Origin: Vicinamibacteria bacterium
GTDB taxonomy: Bacteria; Acidobacteriota; Vicinamibacteria; Marinacidobacterales; Marinacidobacteraceae
DNA: 64,000 nucleotides
NCBI GenBank assembly: GCA_963668695.2
Contig: CAXXLQ010000004.1
Span: 2,912,001-2,976,000, forward strand
Direction: 5' to 3'
Part shown: piece after piece, positions 46,343 to 57,767 of the stretch
How the letters are laid out: each line of letters opens with the position of its first letter
Position numbering within the stretch: position 1 is the stretch's first letter
Program-made: the position numbers and the translations under genes
Notes under the pieces: model-generated
What the model saw: the letters and a program-made list of their open reading frames with translations, nothing else
The model's database searches: none
Told to the model about the DNA's origin: nothing

Positions 46343-49300
46343 TCAGAACTGTTCCTCCAGCACGGTTTCAAGCGTGTCCAGATAGTGGGCGGTGTCATCC
46401 GAAGAGAAGGCGAGCGGTGGCTTGAGCTTGACGACGTTGGCATCCGGGCCGTCGGTACTGTTCAGGATTCGGAACTCGCGGAGGCGGTTCACGAGCCGTC
46501 GCGCCTCCCGCGGGGCGGGTTCGCGACTCGCCGGATCCCGCACCATTTCAAATCCCAGAAACAGCCCGCGCCCCCGAACCTGACCGAGAATAGGGTAGCG
46601 GTTCTGGAGCGCTTTCAGCCCTTCAAGAAGTTGTCCGCCGACCGTGTCGGCGTGCTCGGCCAGTCGTTCATCCCGGATCACGTCGAGCACTGCGAGACCC
46701 GCGGCGCGGGAGACCGGATTTCCGCCAAAGGTGTTGAAGTACTCCATCCCGTTCTCGAAGGAACGGGCGAGTTCGCGAGTGGTGACCACCGCCCCGAGGG
46801 GATGTCCGTTCCCGGCCGGTTTTCCGAGAGTGACGATGTCCGGGCAAACGGATTCCTCTCCGTCCTGAACCGCGATAAACGCCCAAAAGGCCGGTCCCAC
46901 CCGCCCGAACCCGGTCTGGACCTCGTCCGCCACGATGACTCCGCCGGTGTTGCGCACCGCCCGGTAGAGGGCCTTGAGGTAGCCGGGCGGCGGCACGATC
47001 TGGCCGCCACAACTCAGGATGGCCTCCCCGATCAGGGTGGCGGGTCCTGCCTGCCGGACCCGAGATTCGGCATCGGCGATCAGTGACGCAGCGAATTGTG
47101 GCTCTTGGTCCCGGAAACGGCCTCGGAAGCCGTCGGGCATGGGCAACCGGTGCAGCCAGGAGGGTCCGGGCCGCCCTCCCCTGCCATCGAGTTTGTAGGG
47201 GCTCACCTCGATGAGGGAGGTGAGGTTGCCGTGGTATCCACCGTCGAAGACGAGGGTTTCCTGCCGTCCCAGGTGGGTCCGGGCAATGCGGAGCGCCAGG
47301 TCGTTCGCCTCGCTTCCTGAATTCGTGAGGAATACCACCTCGAGAGGTGCGGGCAGGGTGGCGGCGAGGCGTTCCGCGTAGTCCGTGAGTTGGCGATAGA
47401 GATAGCGGGTGTTCGTGTTCAGGAGCTGTGCCTGAGCACGGATTGCCTCGACTACCCGGGGGTGCGCGTGTCCCACGTGACAGACGTTGTTGACCATGTC
47501 GAGGAAATCCCGGCCCGCCTGGTCGTAGAGCTTGGCGCCGCGGCCGCGCACCACCTGGATCGGCGTGTCGTAGGCGATGCTGAGCGCGTGGCTGAACCGC
47601 CTGGTGCGCGCTTCCAGGAGACGACCTTCGGTGTTTTCGAGCGTCCCCGCGGCAACGGCCGCGGAGGGATCCAGGCCCAGGAAGGGCGATGGATCGGGGC
47701 TGAGGGCGGAGAGCACCGCAAGATCGCGGCCGTTGCTCATCCTGGGCGGATCGCCACCGAGGTCGGAGAGGAGTACCTGGAAATGCAGATGGGGCGGCCA
47801 GCCCTCGTTTGGTGCATTCGCCAGCGCGCCCAACATCGCTCCTCGGCGGACGCAGTCTCCCGGACCGAGGTGCGAAAGCGAGCCCCGGTCGAGGTGCCGG
47901 TATGAGGTCCAGAAGGTTTCTTTCCCGGCTTCGTGTTTCAGACCGAGCGTGAGCCCCCCTCCGAACGAGCCGCAGTTGTCCGTGGTCCAGGCGACTTCTC
48001 CATCCAGCACGGCTCTGACGGGCGTTCCCGGGTCGGCGAACACCTCGATTCCGAGCGAAAGCGTGGCCGGTTCGTCCTTCCGGCACCCGGGACGTTCGGC
48101 GGGCGCGATCTCGGGGAATCGTGGTTCGAGATGGCGACCAATCGCCCTCTTTCCCCCATCGGTCGCGGCCGTGACCGTCTGATGCAGGATCTCGAGCGCG
48201 GCGGCTGGATCAAGCGTCGGGCATTCGGGGGAGAGGTCCAGAATGCAGACGTGGGGTGCCGGAGCAATTGGGGGTGCGGCGCGCTCGGCGGCGCGTCGAA
48301 CGGCAGCGGCTTTTGTCGCCGCGCGGGGCAGGGGGGCGTGACCGGCGGCCATCCGGAAGCGTCCATCGGTGACGTCCGGCGCCTCGTCGTCGAGTGCCTG
48401 GAGGAACGCCCAGACACCGGTCTCGCTGACCAGGAGATACTCCTCGGCGGCGGCCTCCGGCACGTGCGCGCGGCGGAGCGCCGCCACTCCGGCGCTCACC
48501 AGCGCCCGCGTCGCGATGGCGGTGCGGAAGAGGTCGGCTTCCTCCTCACTCACCGCAAGTTCCCTGGCGAATCCGGCCAGGACCCGGGCGGCGGCCGGGA
48601 GCGGCTCGGCCGTGGCGGCTGCCACATACAGCGCGCCGGTCGCTGCCTCGATGATGGACGGTCCGCGGAGGGCGTCCCCGAAGTCGAGCAGCGCGAAGTG
48701 CTCCGGCTCGGCCGACTCGGCCTCGCCCGCGACCAGGAGCAAGTTGTCATCGTTTGCGTCGTTGTGGAGCGCCGCGGCTGGAAGGGCCAGGAGCCGGGGC
48801 AGGTCTCCCAGCACCGAGTCGGCGACTCGCCGGTAGAGTCGGCCCGGGCCGCGTTCACCCAGTACTTCCGAAGCTGACGCGATGACGCTCGCGGCGTGGA
48901 CCGGCGCCCAGGGAATGTCCTGGAGGTCGAGCCCGGGGTGATCGAAGCCATTCAGGGCGGATTGCAGGCGGCCCAGTAGCCGGCCGACGGACTCGAGGAG
49001 GGCGTGGGGACGGCGACGGAAAGTCGAGAGAGGTACGCCCTCGGCGTACCGAAAGAGGCGAACGTGGTGATCGCCGCTTTCGAAGGGGTACGTCGCCAGG
49101 GTGCGGCCGGCGGGGTCGGCGAGCGCCTCCGGCAGGCGCAGGTTCGCATCGCGCTCGCGGGCATACCCGATAAGGCGTTCTTGCAGCTCGAGCCGGCGTC
49201 GATCCTCGGCCCCGCCGGAAATCTTGAGAACGAACCGCGCGCCGCGGTTGTCCTGCAACAGGAAATTACGGTCCCGCTCTCCGGGAAGCGGGGTGGCCCG

Positions 49301-49420
49301 GGTCTTGATTCCCCACAGTTCGCTCGCGACTGCCGCGGCCTGCTCGGCGTTTGCCTGAGGGCGCGCGGCCAGCGGATCGATGGCGAAGGGCACCTGGCCG
49401 TCGGGCACGGTTTTCGGCAT
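46343..49420 (-). CDS. Phosphotransferase - M23-like - class III PLP aminotransferase/phospho-lyase fusion
   Basis: [15 protein letters not shown] and DFGD (kinase); PPHLHFQ (M23-like); [28 protein letters not shown] and TLGKP; its ATG overlaps the upstream ALDH stop. Confidence 0.88.
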   Translation of the reverse strand: MPKTVPDGQVPFAIDPLAARPQANAEQAAAVASELWGIKTRATPLPGERDRNFLLQDNRGARFVLKISGGAEDRRRLELQERLIGYARERDANLRLPEALADPAGRTLATYPFESGDHHVRLFRYAEGVPLSTFRRRPHALLESVGRLLGRLQSALNGFDHPGLDLQDIPWAPVHAASVIASASEVLGERGPGRLYRRVADSVLGDLPRLLALPAAALHNDANDDNLLLVAGEAESAEPEHFALLDFGDALRGPSIIEAATGALYVAAATAEPLPAAARVLAGFARELAVSEEEADLFRTAIATRALVSAGVAALRRAHVPEAAAEEYLLVSETGVWAFLQALDDEAPDVTDGRFRMAAGHAPLPRAATKAAAVRRAAERAAPPIAPAPHVCILDLSPECPTLDPAAALEILHQTVTAATDGGKRAIGRHLEPRFPEIAPAERPGCRKDEPATLSLGIEVFADPGTPVRAVLDGEVAWTTDNCGSFGGGLTLGLKHEAGKETFWTSYRHLDRGSLSHLGPGDCVRRGAMLGALANAPNEGWPPHLHFQVLLSDLGGDPPRMSNGRDLAVLSALSPDPSPFLGLDPSAAVAAGTLENTEGRLLEARTRRFSHALSIAYDTPIQVVRGRGAKLYDQAGRDFLDMVNNVCHVGHAHPRVVEAIRAQAQLLNTNTRYLYRQLTDYAERLAATLPAPLEVVFLTNSGSEANDLALRIARTHLGRQETLVFDGGYHGNLTSLIEVSPYKLDGRGGRPGPSWLHRLPMPDGFRGRFRDQEPQFAASLIADAESRVRQAGPATLIGEAILSCGGQIVPPPGYLKALYRAVRNTGGVIVADEVQTGFGRVGPAFWAFIAVQDGEESVCPDIVTLGKPAGNGHPLGAVVTTRELARSFENGMEYFNTFGGNPVSRAAGLAVLDVIRDERLAEHADTVGGQLLEGLKALQNRYPILGQVRGRGLFLGFEMVRDPASREPAPREARRLVNRLREFRILNSTDGPDANVVKLKPPLAFSSDDTAHYLDTLETVLEEQF

Positions 49421-50793
49421 CAGCGGAGCAGGAGCCGTAGCAGTCCCAACTTGCCCCGGTAGGGCGGATAACGCACCGGCGGATCCAGCCACGTCGCGGC
49501 GTTCAGCACCGCCCGCGGCTGGGATAGGAGTTCGAAGCCGTGGCGGCCGTGATACCGGCCGTGCCCGCTTCTTCCAACGCCTCCGAAGGGCAGAGCGGGG
49601 TTAGCACAATGGACCACTGCGTCGTTGGTGACGAGGGCCCCCGAGCGAAGCGCGGCGGCGGCGCGCCGAATCGGCTCTTGCCGGCGGGAAAAGACATAGA
49701 GCGCCAGCGGGTCGGGGTGCGCCTTGATCTCGCGGAGCGCCTCTTCGAGATCCTTGTAGGGCAGAAGCGGCAGGATTGGCCCGAAGATTTCCTCCCGCTG
49801 GGCCGCGTGGCCCTCGGGCCATGGACCGGTAACCGTGGGGCCGAAATAGAGTCGCTCGGCGTCCCGGTCCCCACCCTTCAGGAGGGGAAGTCCGGTCAGC
49901 AACTCCTCAAGGCGCCGGAAGTGATCCCGGTGCACGATCCGGCCGTAGTCGGGACTCTCGGCAGGCGCCCCGCCGTAGAAGCGGTCCAGGTTTTCGCCGA
50001 GCATCCGGACAAAGGCGTCGAAGCGCTCTTCCGGAACGAGAACGAAGTCAGGCGCTACGCAGGTTTGTCCCGCGTTCAGAAACTTCGCCCACGCGAGGCG
50101 CCGCGCCGCGAGGCGGAGGTTGGCGCTGCGGTCGACGAGTGCCGGACACTTCCCGCCCAGTTCGAGGGTGACGGGAGTGAGCGACCGCCCCGCCGCTTCG
50201 GCGACCTGCGCCCCGGCCCGGCGGCTCCCGGTGAACAGGATGTGGTCGAAATCGTGGCTGAGGAGAGCCTGGGCAGTTTCCGGCCCTCCCTCGACCACTT
50301 CCACGAGCCCGCGCGGCAGTGCGGCAGGCACCAGCTCGGCCAGCTTCCGGGCAGTCGCCGGGGCGTGCTCGGACGGCTTGATCACCACCGCATTCCCGGC
50401 CGCGATGGCCGCCACCGCGGGCGCCAGGGTCAGTTGCAGCGGGTAGTTCCAGGGCGCAATGACGAGGACGACGCCGAGCGGAGTCGGTTCAATCCGGCTG
50501 AGTGCCGGCATGACCGCGAGCGGCGTCGCTACCCGGCGCGGGCGCATCCAGCGCCGCAAATGACGCCTTGCGTAGCGGATTTCCGCGAGCACCAGACCGG
50601 TCTGCGTGGCCCAGGTCTCAAACGCCGGCGCCCCGAGATCGTCCCGGAGCGCGTCTTCCCAGACGTGCTGGTGCTCCCGCAGGACCGCTGCCAGCTTCCC
50701 GAGCGCGGCGCGTCGGAACGTCCCGGGTCTGGTCTCACCCGACTCCACGAGCCGTCGGGCCCGCTCCAGGGGCTCTCGCACGTCTTGGTTCAC
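49420..50793 (-). CDS. Aldehyde dehydrogenase (ALDH3/CalB-like)
   Basis: [38 protein letters not shown] and PFGGVG. Confidence 0.92.
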   Translation of the reverse strand: MNQDVREPLERARRLVESGETRPGTFRRAALGKLAAVLREHQHVWEDALRDDLGAPAFETWATQTGLVLAEIRYARRHLRRWMRPRRVATPLAVMPALSRIEPTPLGVVLVIAPWNYPLQLTLAPAVAAIAAGNAVVIKPSEHAPATARKLAELVPAALPRGLVEVVEGGPETAQALLSHDFDHILFTGSRRAGAQVAEAAGRSLTPVTLELGGKCPALVDRSANLRLAARRLAWAKFLNAGQTCVAPDFVLVPEERFDAFVRMLGENLDRFYGGAPAESPDYGRIVHRDHFRRLEELLTGLPLLKGGDRDAERLYFGPTVTGPWPEGHAAQREEIFGPILPLLPYKDLEEALREIKAHPDPLALYVFSRRQEPIRRAAAALRSGALVTNDAVVHCANPALPFGGVGRSGHGRYHGRHGFELLSQPRAVLNAATWLDPPVRYPPYRGKLGLLRLLLR

Positions 50794-50917
50794 ACGCCGC
50801 GAGTATACGGAGCCGAGGCGCTTGGAAGGCGTGGAGCTTCGGGCGCGATCGGCGCCTGCCAAATCCTCCTCATGCCCCGCGCCGGGTAGACTTCCGGACG
50901 CCGTATTCCCCCCCGCC

Positions 50918-51559
50918 ATGCGCTTCCTGGAACCCTCGCTTCCGTCTCCGGACAACGCGCGCTCGGGTCGGGTCGAGCCGATACCGGTTCTTGAGAAGCA
51001 CTTCGTACTGAAGACCCCACTCACGCCGCCCTGGCCGGAAGGAATGGAAGAGGCCTTCTTCGGGATGGGGTGTTTCTGGGGTGCCGAGCGACTCTTCTGG
51101 ACGGCCGCCGGGGTCTACACGACCGCCGTCGGCTACTCCGGCGGGCTGACGCCCAATCCCAACTACCGCGAGGTCTGCACCGGTCGAACCGGACATGCGG
51201 AAGTCGTCCGCGTGGTCTTCGACCCCGAGCAAGTGTCGTACGGCGCGCTCCTGCAGATCTTCTGGCAAAACCATGACCCGACGCAGGGAATGCGGCAGGG
51301 GAACGACGTCGGGACGCAGTACCGGTCGGCGATCTACGCGGCTCGAGGCAATCAGCGTGGCGCGGCGCTCGAGACCCGGGACGGCTATGCCGAGCGGCTG
51401 CAAGCGGCGGGATACGGTTCCGTCACCACGGAGATCTCGGGCGCCCCGGTTTTCTACTACGCCGAGGACTACCACCAGCAGTATCTGGCGAAGAACCCGA
51501 GCGGCTATTGCGGCATCGGCGGCACCGGAGTGCCCTGTCCGACCGGCCTCTCAAGCTGA
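50918..51559 (+). CDS. msrA: Peptide methionine sulfoxide reductase A
   Basis: [25 protein letters not shown] and [11 protein letters not shown]. Confidence 0.96.
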   Translation: MRFLEPSLPSPDNARSGRVEPIPVLEKHFVLKTPLTPPWPEGMEEAFFGMGCFWGAERLFWTAAGVYTTAVGYSGGLTPNPNYREVCTGRTGHAEVVRVVFDPEQVSYGALLQIFWQNHDPTQGMRQGNDVGTQYRSAIYAARGNQRGAALETRDGYAERLQAAGYGSVTTEISGAPVFYYAEDYHQQYLAKNPSGYCGIGGTGVPCPTGLSS

Positions 51560-51566
51560 GACCAAG

Positions 51567-51938
51567 GTGGCCGATAACGGTCCCAAATCCGCAGCCGAAA
51601 AAGCGGCGACGCTCGGTCTGCGGCAGGTGGAACGCCATATCTTCTTGTGCGCCGACGCGGACAAGCCCAAGTGCTGTGAGCTGCCGGTCGGCTGTGCAAG
51701 CTGGCTCTACCTCAAGCGTCGTCTCGATGAACTCGGCCTCGCCAATGGTCCGACGGGGGGCCGAATCGCGCGCAGCAAGGCCAACTGCCTCCGCGTGTGC
51801 GCCGAGGGCCCTATCGCCGTCGTCTATCCGGAGGGTGTGTGGTACTCCGGGATGACTCCCGAAGCACTCGAAGAGGTCATCCAGGGGCACCTGATCGGGG
51901 GAACCCCGGTGGAGAAATACCGCATCCCGAACAGTTGA
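51567..51938 (+). CDS. Thioredoxin-like [2Fe-2S] ferredoxin
   Basis: HIFLC...KCC, CLRVCAEGPIAVVYPEGVWY and HLIGG. Confidence 0.88.
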   Translation: MADNGPKSAAEKAATLGLRQVERHIFLCADADKPKCCELPVGCASWLYLKRRLDELGLANGPTGGRIARSKANCLRVCAEGPIAVVYPEGVWYSGMTPEALEEVIQGHLIGGTPVEKYRIPNS

Positions 51939-51959
51939 GTACCGCTGGCGCTCCGGCGC

Positions 51960-52358
51960 TCAGGAGGCCGTCGCGCCGAAGAGTTGGAAGCCGGCGGCCA
52001 CGAAATCCGGTTCGAGCGTCAGCGCCTCGGTGATTCCGCGGTGCCGCATGACGGCGAAGCTCACCTGATCCACGAAGCTGGTCGTGGCGCCGTCCGAGAG
52101 CGCCGCTAGCGCCTCTCGATGGAGATTTGCCCCCACCCATTCGATTTCAAGTTCCGCCGCATCCCGGGAGAACTCGAGAGCCGCCTGGAGGCTAAGCCGC
52201 CGTTGCAACAGTGCCATCGTTTCCACCAGTACGTAGCTGTGGGTAACGAGCGGACGGCGGCTCCGGAGGGCTAGATCGAACCGGTGGCGGGCGACGCCAT
52301 GGAATTCGTCATGACGGTCGGCGAGCGCGTAGATGAGAGAGGTGTCCAGGAAGATCAT
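51960..52358 (-). CDS. vapC: PIN-domain toxin (VapC family)
   Basis: IFLDTS, LVET, SFVDQVSF and DFVAAGF; its start overlaps the antitoxin stop. Confidence 0.88.
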   Translation of the reverse strand: MIFLDTSLIYALADRHDEFHGVARHRFDLALRSRRPLVTHSYVLVETMALLQRRLSLQAALEFSRDAAELEIEWVGANLHREALAALSDGATTSFVDQVSFAVMRHRGITEALTLEPDFVAAGFQLFGATAS

Positions 52359-52618
52359 GGCCTCCGGAACCGCGCGGGGATCGCTTCGTCCAGAAACTCA
52401 TCGTGCCGCACGGACACCGGGCCCTCGAGGGGCGGTTCGCTGCTTCCCGCACCGATGAATCCGAAGTCATCGAGGGTGCGCGGAGGAGGTTGGGGTGTCC
52501 CAAAAGACCCTGCAAGGGCATCGCGGACAACGGATGCCATGGAAGCTTGCTCCGCGAAGGCACGCCGCCGCAGGGCATCGTAGAGAGCTTCGTCCAACTG
52601 AATCTGCAGCCGCTTCAT
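52355..52618 (-). CDS. vapB: Ribbon-helix-helix antitoxin
   Basis: MKRLQIQLDEALYDALRRRA..SMASVVRDAL; C-terminal SVRHDEFL. Confidence 0.82.
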   Translation of the reverse strand: MKRLQIQLDEALYDALRRRAFAEQASMASVVRDALAGSFGTPQPPPRTLDDFGFIGAGSSEPPLEGPVSVRHDEFLDEAIPARFRRP

Positions 52619-52623
52619 GACTG

Positions 52624-52644
52624 AAGATAGCATGACGTCATGCT
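52624..52644 (-). promoter_or_regulatory. TA operator palindrome overlapping an extended -10 promoter
   Basis: Perfect 16-bp palindrome AGCATGACGTCATGCT (52629-52644); minus-strand TGnTATCTT ends 5 nt before the antitoxin ATG. Confidence 0.7.
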
Positions 52645-52686
52645 GTAACAGGGTTGATTTTCCGGGCTCGCGGCGTGCCGGGGCGC

Positions 52687-55600
52687 TTACCCAAGATGGC
52701 GGCGGAGCAGGCGTTCCGCCTCAGTGATGGATATTCCCCGTCTGCGGGCATAGTCCTCGAGTTGATCCCGGCCGATCGTGCCGACCGAGAAGTAGCGGGA
52801 CTCCGGGCTCCCGAAATAGAGGCCAGCCACCGAGGCGCCGGGCCGGATGGCGAAGTTCTCGGTGAGTCCGACGCCGATGGCGTCTTCGGCACGCAGCAGG
52901 CGGAAGATCTCGCCCAAAATGCCGAGATCCGGGGTGGCCGGGTATCCGGGGGCAGGGCGGATTCCGCGGTAGCGCCCCCGGATCAGGTCCTGGGGCGTCA
53001 GGTCTTCGGATTGTCCGTATCCCAGATCGCAGCGGGCACGCTGGTGAAGCCACTCCGCGAGAGCCTCGGCGAGACGGTCGCCGAGCGATCGCAGCAGGAG
53101 TGCGTCGTAGTCGTCGCCACGCCGTTCGGCCTCCGCCACCAGTTCCTCGAGACCGCCACCGGCGGTGACGGCAAAGGCTCCGAGTACGTCCGGACCGGCG
53201 GCGGGAGGCCGGCCGGCTACCGCGGGGTCGAGAAAGTCGGCGGCCGCGAGCCGCGCCCCGGGACGATCCTCCTGCTGGCGCAGGGTCGGTATCCGGGCCA
53301 CCGGCGGTTCGTCCAGCCGTCCGGGACGCCAGATCAGGATGTCGTCGCCCTCACTCCCCGCGGGGAAGAACCCATAGACGGCCTCACCCCTCAGTGCTTG
53401 CTGTCTGGCCAACTCCTCCAGCCGGCGGAGGGCGTTTTCGTGGAGCTCGCGAGCTTCGACGCTGCTGTTTCCACGCTCCACGATCGCGGGAAACGTGCCG
53501 CGGAACTCCCAGGCGTGGAAGAACGGCGTCCAGTCCACATACGGAATCAGGTCGGCGATCGGAACGTCGGGAAGGACCCGCCGGCCCCAGAACACCGGTT
53601 CGACCGGTTCCGTCCGGCGAGAGTCGGGAGCGCGGCGGCGGGCGACGGCGAGCTTGAGGAGCCCCGGCCCACGGCGCATGGGACGGCTCCGTTCGTACTC
53701 CTGCTGCCGGCGGTTTTCGTCCACGAAGGCGGCCGACTCCGCCCCGAGCAGAGCCCGAACCACCCCCGAGGTGCGCGAGGCGTCGGCCACGTGAATGACG
53801 GGGCCCGAACGCGCGGGGGCGATCCGGAGGGCGGTGTGGCGAGGCGAAGTGGTGGCGCCCCCGATCAGCAGGGGCAGAGAAACCCCCTGCCGTTCCATCT
53901 CGGCGGCGAAGCGTTCCATCTCATCCAGGGATGGGGTGATGAGGCCGGACAGGCCGATCAGATCGGCGCTCTGTTCCCGGGCCGTGTCGAGAATCCGGTC
54001 GGCGGGCACCATGACCCCCAGGTCCTCCACCCGGTAGCCGTTGCAGGCGAGGACGATGCCGACGATGCTCTTGCCGATGTCGTGGACGTCCCCCTTCACC
54101 GTGGCCAGCACAATGCTCTCCCGTGGTCGGCTGGTCTCCTCTGAATCCATGTACGGCTCAAGGACAGAAACGGCTCTTTTCATTACCCGCGCGCTCTTGA
54201 CGACCTGCGGCAGGAACATCCTTCCGTCGCCGAAGCGGTCGCCCACCACCCGCATCCCGTCCATGAGGGGCCCTTCGATTACCGCAAGCGCCGAGGACAG
54301 GTGGCGGCGGGCCTCGTCGGCGTCCCGTTCGATGAAGTCGAGAACGCCGTTCACCACCGCGTGGGCGAGCCGCTCCCCGACGGGCTTTTCGCGCCAGGAG
54401 TCATCGGCGGCGGAGGTCCTTCGTCCCGCCCGGGCTTCGTCGGCAATCGCGAGGAGCCTCTCGGTCGCATCCTCCCGGCGCGCCAGGACTACGTCTTCAA
54501 CCCGCTCGCGGAGCGTCTCCTCGATCTCGTCATAGACCGGCAGCCGGCCGGCATTCACGATCCCCATGTCGAGCCCGGCGGCGATGGCGTGGTGCAGGAA
54601 GACGGCGTTCATCGCCTGCCGCACGCCTTCGTTGCCGCGAAAGGCGAACGACAGATTGGAGATGCCCCCGGAGACGAGGGATCCCGGGCAGGCCGCCCGG
54701 ATGCGTGGAATCGCCTCGATGAACTCGACGGCGTAGCGATCGTGTTCGGCCATCCCCGTCGCCACGGCGAGGACGTTCGGGTCGAAGATGATGTCTTCTG
54801 GAGGGACGCCGGCCTTGTCCTTCAGCAGCCGATAGGCTCGGCCGCAGATGGCGGTCTTGCGCTCCGCATCCACCGCCTGACCCTCCTCGTCGAAGGCCAT
54901 CACGATGATGGCGGCTCCGAAGCGGCGGATCCGTCGGGCCGCGGCCAGGAAGGCCTCTTCCCCGTCCTTGAGTGACAACGAGTTGACCACGCCCTTCCCG
55001 GGAAGGCAGCGCAGCCCGGCTTCGATCACCTCGATGCGGGAACTGTCCACGATGATGGGGAGTCGGGCAATGTCGGGTTCCATGGCGATCAGCCGCACGA
55101 ACCGGCTCATCGCTGCCTCCGAATCGAGGAGGCCCTCATCCATGTTGACGTCCAGCAGGTTCGCGCCGCCCTCGACCTGGTCGCGGGCGACGGACACCGC
55201 GGCCTCGAACCGATCCTCGCGGATCAGGCGTGCGAAGCGACGGGAGCCGGTCACGTTCGTACGCTCACCCACCACCAGGAACGCCGACTCCGGGCGGACC
55301 AGCGGCTCGGTGCCGGCCAAACGGATTCTCGGGGGAGCGTCCGGGAGCTCTCGGGGCCGGGCGCCCCTGACGGTCCGGCGGACCGAGCGGATGTGCTCCG
55401 GAGTGGTGCCGCAGCACCCGCCGACGAAGTTGACGAGGCCGTCCGCGGCAAGGGCGCCAAGGGCCGCGGCGGTGATTTCCGGCGCCTCGTCGTAGCCTCC
55501 GAGTTCGTTCGGAAGGCCGGCGTTCGGAACGGCGCCCACCGGAACCGGAGCCAGGCGGGAAAGTGTTTCGACGATGGGACGCATCGCTTCGGCGCCGATC

Positions 55601-56349
55601 GAGCAGTTCACCCCGGCGGCGGTCACCTCGGCGTGGGCAACGGACACCCAGAAGGCTTCGGAATCCTGACCCGTCAGGTTACGTCCTCCCCGGTCCACCG
55701 AAGTGAAGGAAACGAGGAGCCCCGGCTCTCCGGGCGCCTCGGCAATGGCCTCCCGGGCGGCGTCGAGGGCCGCCTTGGCGTTCAGGGTGTCGAAGCAGGT
55801 TTCGACGAGGAGGAGGTCGGCGCCTCCCGCCAGCAGTCCGGCCGCCTGTTCGCGGTACGCCGCCCTGAGTTCGTCCCAGGAGATTGCGCGGAAGGCCGGG
55901 TCCGAGACGTTGGGAGAAACGCTCAGGGTCCGGTTGGTCGGTCCCATGGAGCCGAGCACGAAACATGGCCGTCCGGCGCCGTCAGCGGAGCGGCGCGCCG
56001 CTTCAGCGCCCGCGCGGTTGATCTCGAAGGCGCGGCCTTCAAGTCCGTAGTCCAGGAGCGAAACGGCGTTTGCGTTGAAGGTGTTCGTGGTGAGGGCGTC
56101 CGCTCCGGCGTCGAGGTACTGCTGGTGCACCTTCTCCACCAGCGCGGGCCGGGTCAGGGAGAGCACGTCGTGGAGCCCCTGGAGCGGTTTCGGATGGTCG
56201 CGGAGCAAATCGCCTCGAAAGCCGGATTCGTCCAACCTTTCGGCCTGGAGCATCGTCCCGATAGCGCCATCGAACACCAGGATGCGCTCGGAAATCGCCC
56301 GCAGAAACCCGGCCCGGCCCAGCCACGATGCCGGCGTCGACGCGTGCAT
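52687..56349 (-). CDS. metH: Cobalamin-dependent methionine synthase
   Basis: DGAIGTMLQ, GGCCGTTP, GERTNVTGS, TVKGDVHDIGK, SGLITPS and RPAPGYPA. Confidence 0.97.
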   Translation of the reverse strand: MHASTPASWLGRAGFLRAISERILVFDGAIGTMLQAERLDESGFRGDLLRDHPKPLQGLHDVLSLTRPALVEKVHQQYLDAGADALTTNTFNANAVSLLDYGLEGRAFEINRAGAEAARRSADGAGRPCFVLGSMGPTNRTLSVSPNVSDPAFRAISWDELRAAYREQAAGLLAGGADLLLVETCFDTLNAKAALDAAREAIAEAPGEPGLLVSFTSVDRGGRNLTGQDSEAFWVSVAHAEVTAAGVNCSIGAEAMRPIVETLSRLAPVPVGAVPNAGLPNELGGYDEAPEITAAALGALAADGLVNFVGGCCGTTPEHIRSVRRTVRGARPRELPDAPPRIRLAGTEPLVRPESAFLVVGERTNVTGSRRFARLIREDRFEAAVSVARDQVEGGANLLDVNMDEGLLDSEAAMSRFVRLIAMEPDIARLPIIVDSSRIEVIEAGLRCLPGKGVVNSLSLKDGEEAFLAAARRIRRFGAAIIVMAFDEEGQAVDAERKTAICGRAYRLLKDKAGVPPEDIIFDPNVLAVATGMAEHDRYAVEFIEAIPRIRAACPGSLVSGGISNLSFAFRGNEGVRQAMNAVFLHHAIAAGLDMGIVNAGRLPVYDEIEETLRERVEDVVLARREDATERLLAIADEARAGRRTSAADDSWREKPVGERLAHAVVNGVLDFIERDADEARRHLSSALAVIEGPLMDGMRVVGDRFGDGRMFLPQVVKSARVMKRAVSVLEPYMDSEETSRPRESIVLATVKGDVHDIGKSIVGIVLACNGYRVEDLGVMVPADRILDTAREQSADLIGLSGLITPSLDEMERFAAEMERQGVSLPLLIGGATTSPRHTALRIAPARSGPVIHVADASRTSGVVRALLGAESAAFVDENRRQQEYERSRPMRRGPGLLKLAVARRRAPDSRRTEPVEPVFWGRRVLPDVPIADLIPYVDWTPFFHAWEFRGTFPAIVERGNSSVEARELHENALRRLEELARQQALRGEAVYGFFPAGSEGDDILIWRPGRLDEPPVARIPTLRQQEDRPGARLAAADFLDPAVAGRPPAAGPDVLGAFAVTAGGGLEELVAEAERRGDDYDALLLRSLGDRLAEALAEWLHQRARCDLGYGQSEDLTPQDLIRGRYRGIRPAPGYPATPDLGILGEIFRLLRAEDAIGVGLTENFAIRPGASVAGLYFGSPESRYFSVGTIGRDQLEDYARRRGISITEAERLLRRHLG

Positions 56350-56367
56350 GACGAAGCGGAAGTCTAG

Positions 56368-56443
56368 GAGCCCGTGGACAAGTCACGCGGCCCGGTTCTC
56401 CCGGTGGGGCTCTCGCCGCTCACTTGACTTCATCCACCGGCTC
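56368..56443 (+). mobile_element. Minimal 76-bp MITE between metH and the symporter
   Basis: CTAG|GAGCCCGTGGACAAGTCACGCGGC[18-mer variant]...TCCACCGGCTC. Confidence 0.7.
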
Positions 56444-56546
56444 CTGGGCGCGGCACGGGTGGATTGCCGATGTGCGGACGGGCATCTCCTGCGGCCATCG
56501 TCTCCCGGGTACCATCACGCGCCCAGATCAATCGGGGGGTCCGCAG

Positions 56547-57767
56547 ATGCCGCTTCATGTCCAGGTCGCCATAGGGGCCGCGGCCGGAGTCCTCGTCGGG
56601 ATCCTGTTCGGAGAGCAGGCCGCGGTCCTCCAACCGCTTGCGGACCTGTTCGTGCGGCTCCTGCGGATGATCATCGCTCCGCTGATCTTCGTCACCCTGG
56701 CGCTCGCGCTGACGCGGACCGGAGGCCGGGGCACGGGCAGGATCGGCGTCCGGGCGATCGCCTACAACCTGAGCACGCTGGCCGTCGCGCTGGCGATCGG
56801 CATCGGCATCGCCGTCTGGCTCGGGCCGGGACGGGGGGTGGACATTTCGGCCCTCGGAGGCGCCGACCAGGCCACGGGCCCAACTGCCGGAGAGGCCCGG
56901 TCCATCGTGGACATTCTGGTCGGCATCGTTCCGACGAACGTCGTGGGAGCTTTCGCCGAAGCCGAGGTCCTGCAGGTCCTCTTCCTGGCGATCTTGTTCG
57001 GGGTAGCCGTAAACGCGCTCGGCAGCGAACGCGTGAAGCCGCTCATCGACGTGCTGCAGGCAGTGAACGATGTCCTCTACCGGGTCGTCCACTGGGTCGT
57101 CCTGCTGGCGCCGGCCGGGGTGTTTGCGATTCTGGCCGCAGTGGTGGGCCAGTCCGGGCTCGACATTCTGGGGACGCTCGCCTGGTATGTCACCGTCTGC
57201 CTCATCGCCACGCTCGTGCACGTGGGCGGAGTGCACGCCATGCTGCTCCGGCTTTGGGCTCGCCAGCCGCTCCGGAAGCTCTTGCGAGCGTTGCGCGAGC
57301 CGCTGCCCATTGCCTTCGCGTCCGTCTCGACCGCTGCGGCGCTTCCGGTCTCCATGGCGGCGGTGCCCCGCGAGACGGGAATCTCCGAGAAGGTGGCGGG
57401 GTTTGTGCTGCCTTTCGGCGCCGCGGCCGGCAGGGATTCCAGCGGGATCTATCAGGTGGTGTCGGTCGTCGCGATAGCCCAACTCGTGGGCCGTCCGCTC
57501 GACGCGGGCGAGCTGGGAATCCTTTGGGTAACGGCGATTCTGAGTTCGCTCGCGACCTCCGCGGTTCCCGCCGCCAGCTTCGTGAATCTCACCATCCTGC
57601 TGGGAGCGCTGGGCCTTCCGGTGACGCTGGCGGCGCTGGTGCTGGCGGTCGAGCGTCCGCTCGACCATCTCAGAACGAGTGGCAACCTGATCGGCCAGAT
57701 CTCGAACGCGATCTTCACGGGCGCCACCAGCGGGGAAATCGCCGTCCGGGGGGCGAAGCAGGATTAA
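56547..57767 (+). CDS. Dicarboxylate/amino acid:cation symporter (DAACS)
   Basis: FVRLLRMIIAPLIF, IVPTN, AFASVSTAAALP, FVLPFGA and LDHLRTSGN. Confidence 0.9.
   Translation: MPLHVQVAIGAAAGVLVGILFGEQAAVLQPLADLFVRLLRMIIAPLIFVTLALALTRTGGRGTGRIGVRAIAYNLSTLAVALAIGIGIAVWLGPGRGVDISALGGADQATGPTAGEARSIVDILVGIVPTNVVGAFAEAEVLQVLFLAILFGVAVNALGSERVKPLIDVLQAVNDVLYRVVHWVVLLAPAGVFAILAAVVGQSGLDILGTLAWYVTVCLIATLVHVGGVHAMLLRLWARQPLRKLLRALREPLPIAFASVSTAAALPVSMAAVPRETGISEKVAGFVLPFGAAAGRDSSGIYQVVSVVAIAQLVGRPLDAGELGILWVTAILSSLATSAVPAASFVNLTILLGALGLPVTLAALVLAVERPLDHLRTSGNLIGQISNAIFTGATSGEIAVRGAKQD

Noticed and set aside
56350-56546. SAM or cobalamin riboswitch upstream of metH
   Set aside because: The region is short and largely occupied by a mini-MITE; I recognised no aptamer motifs
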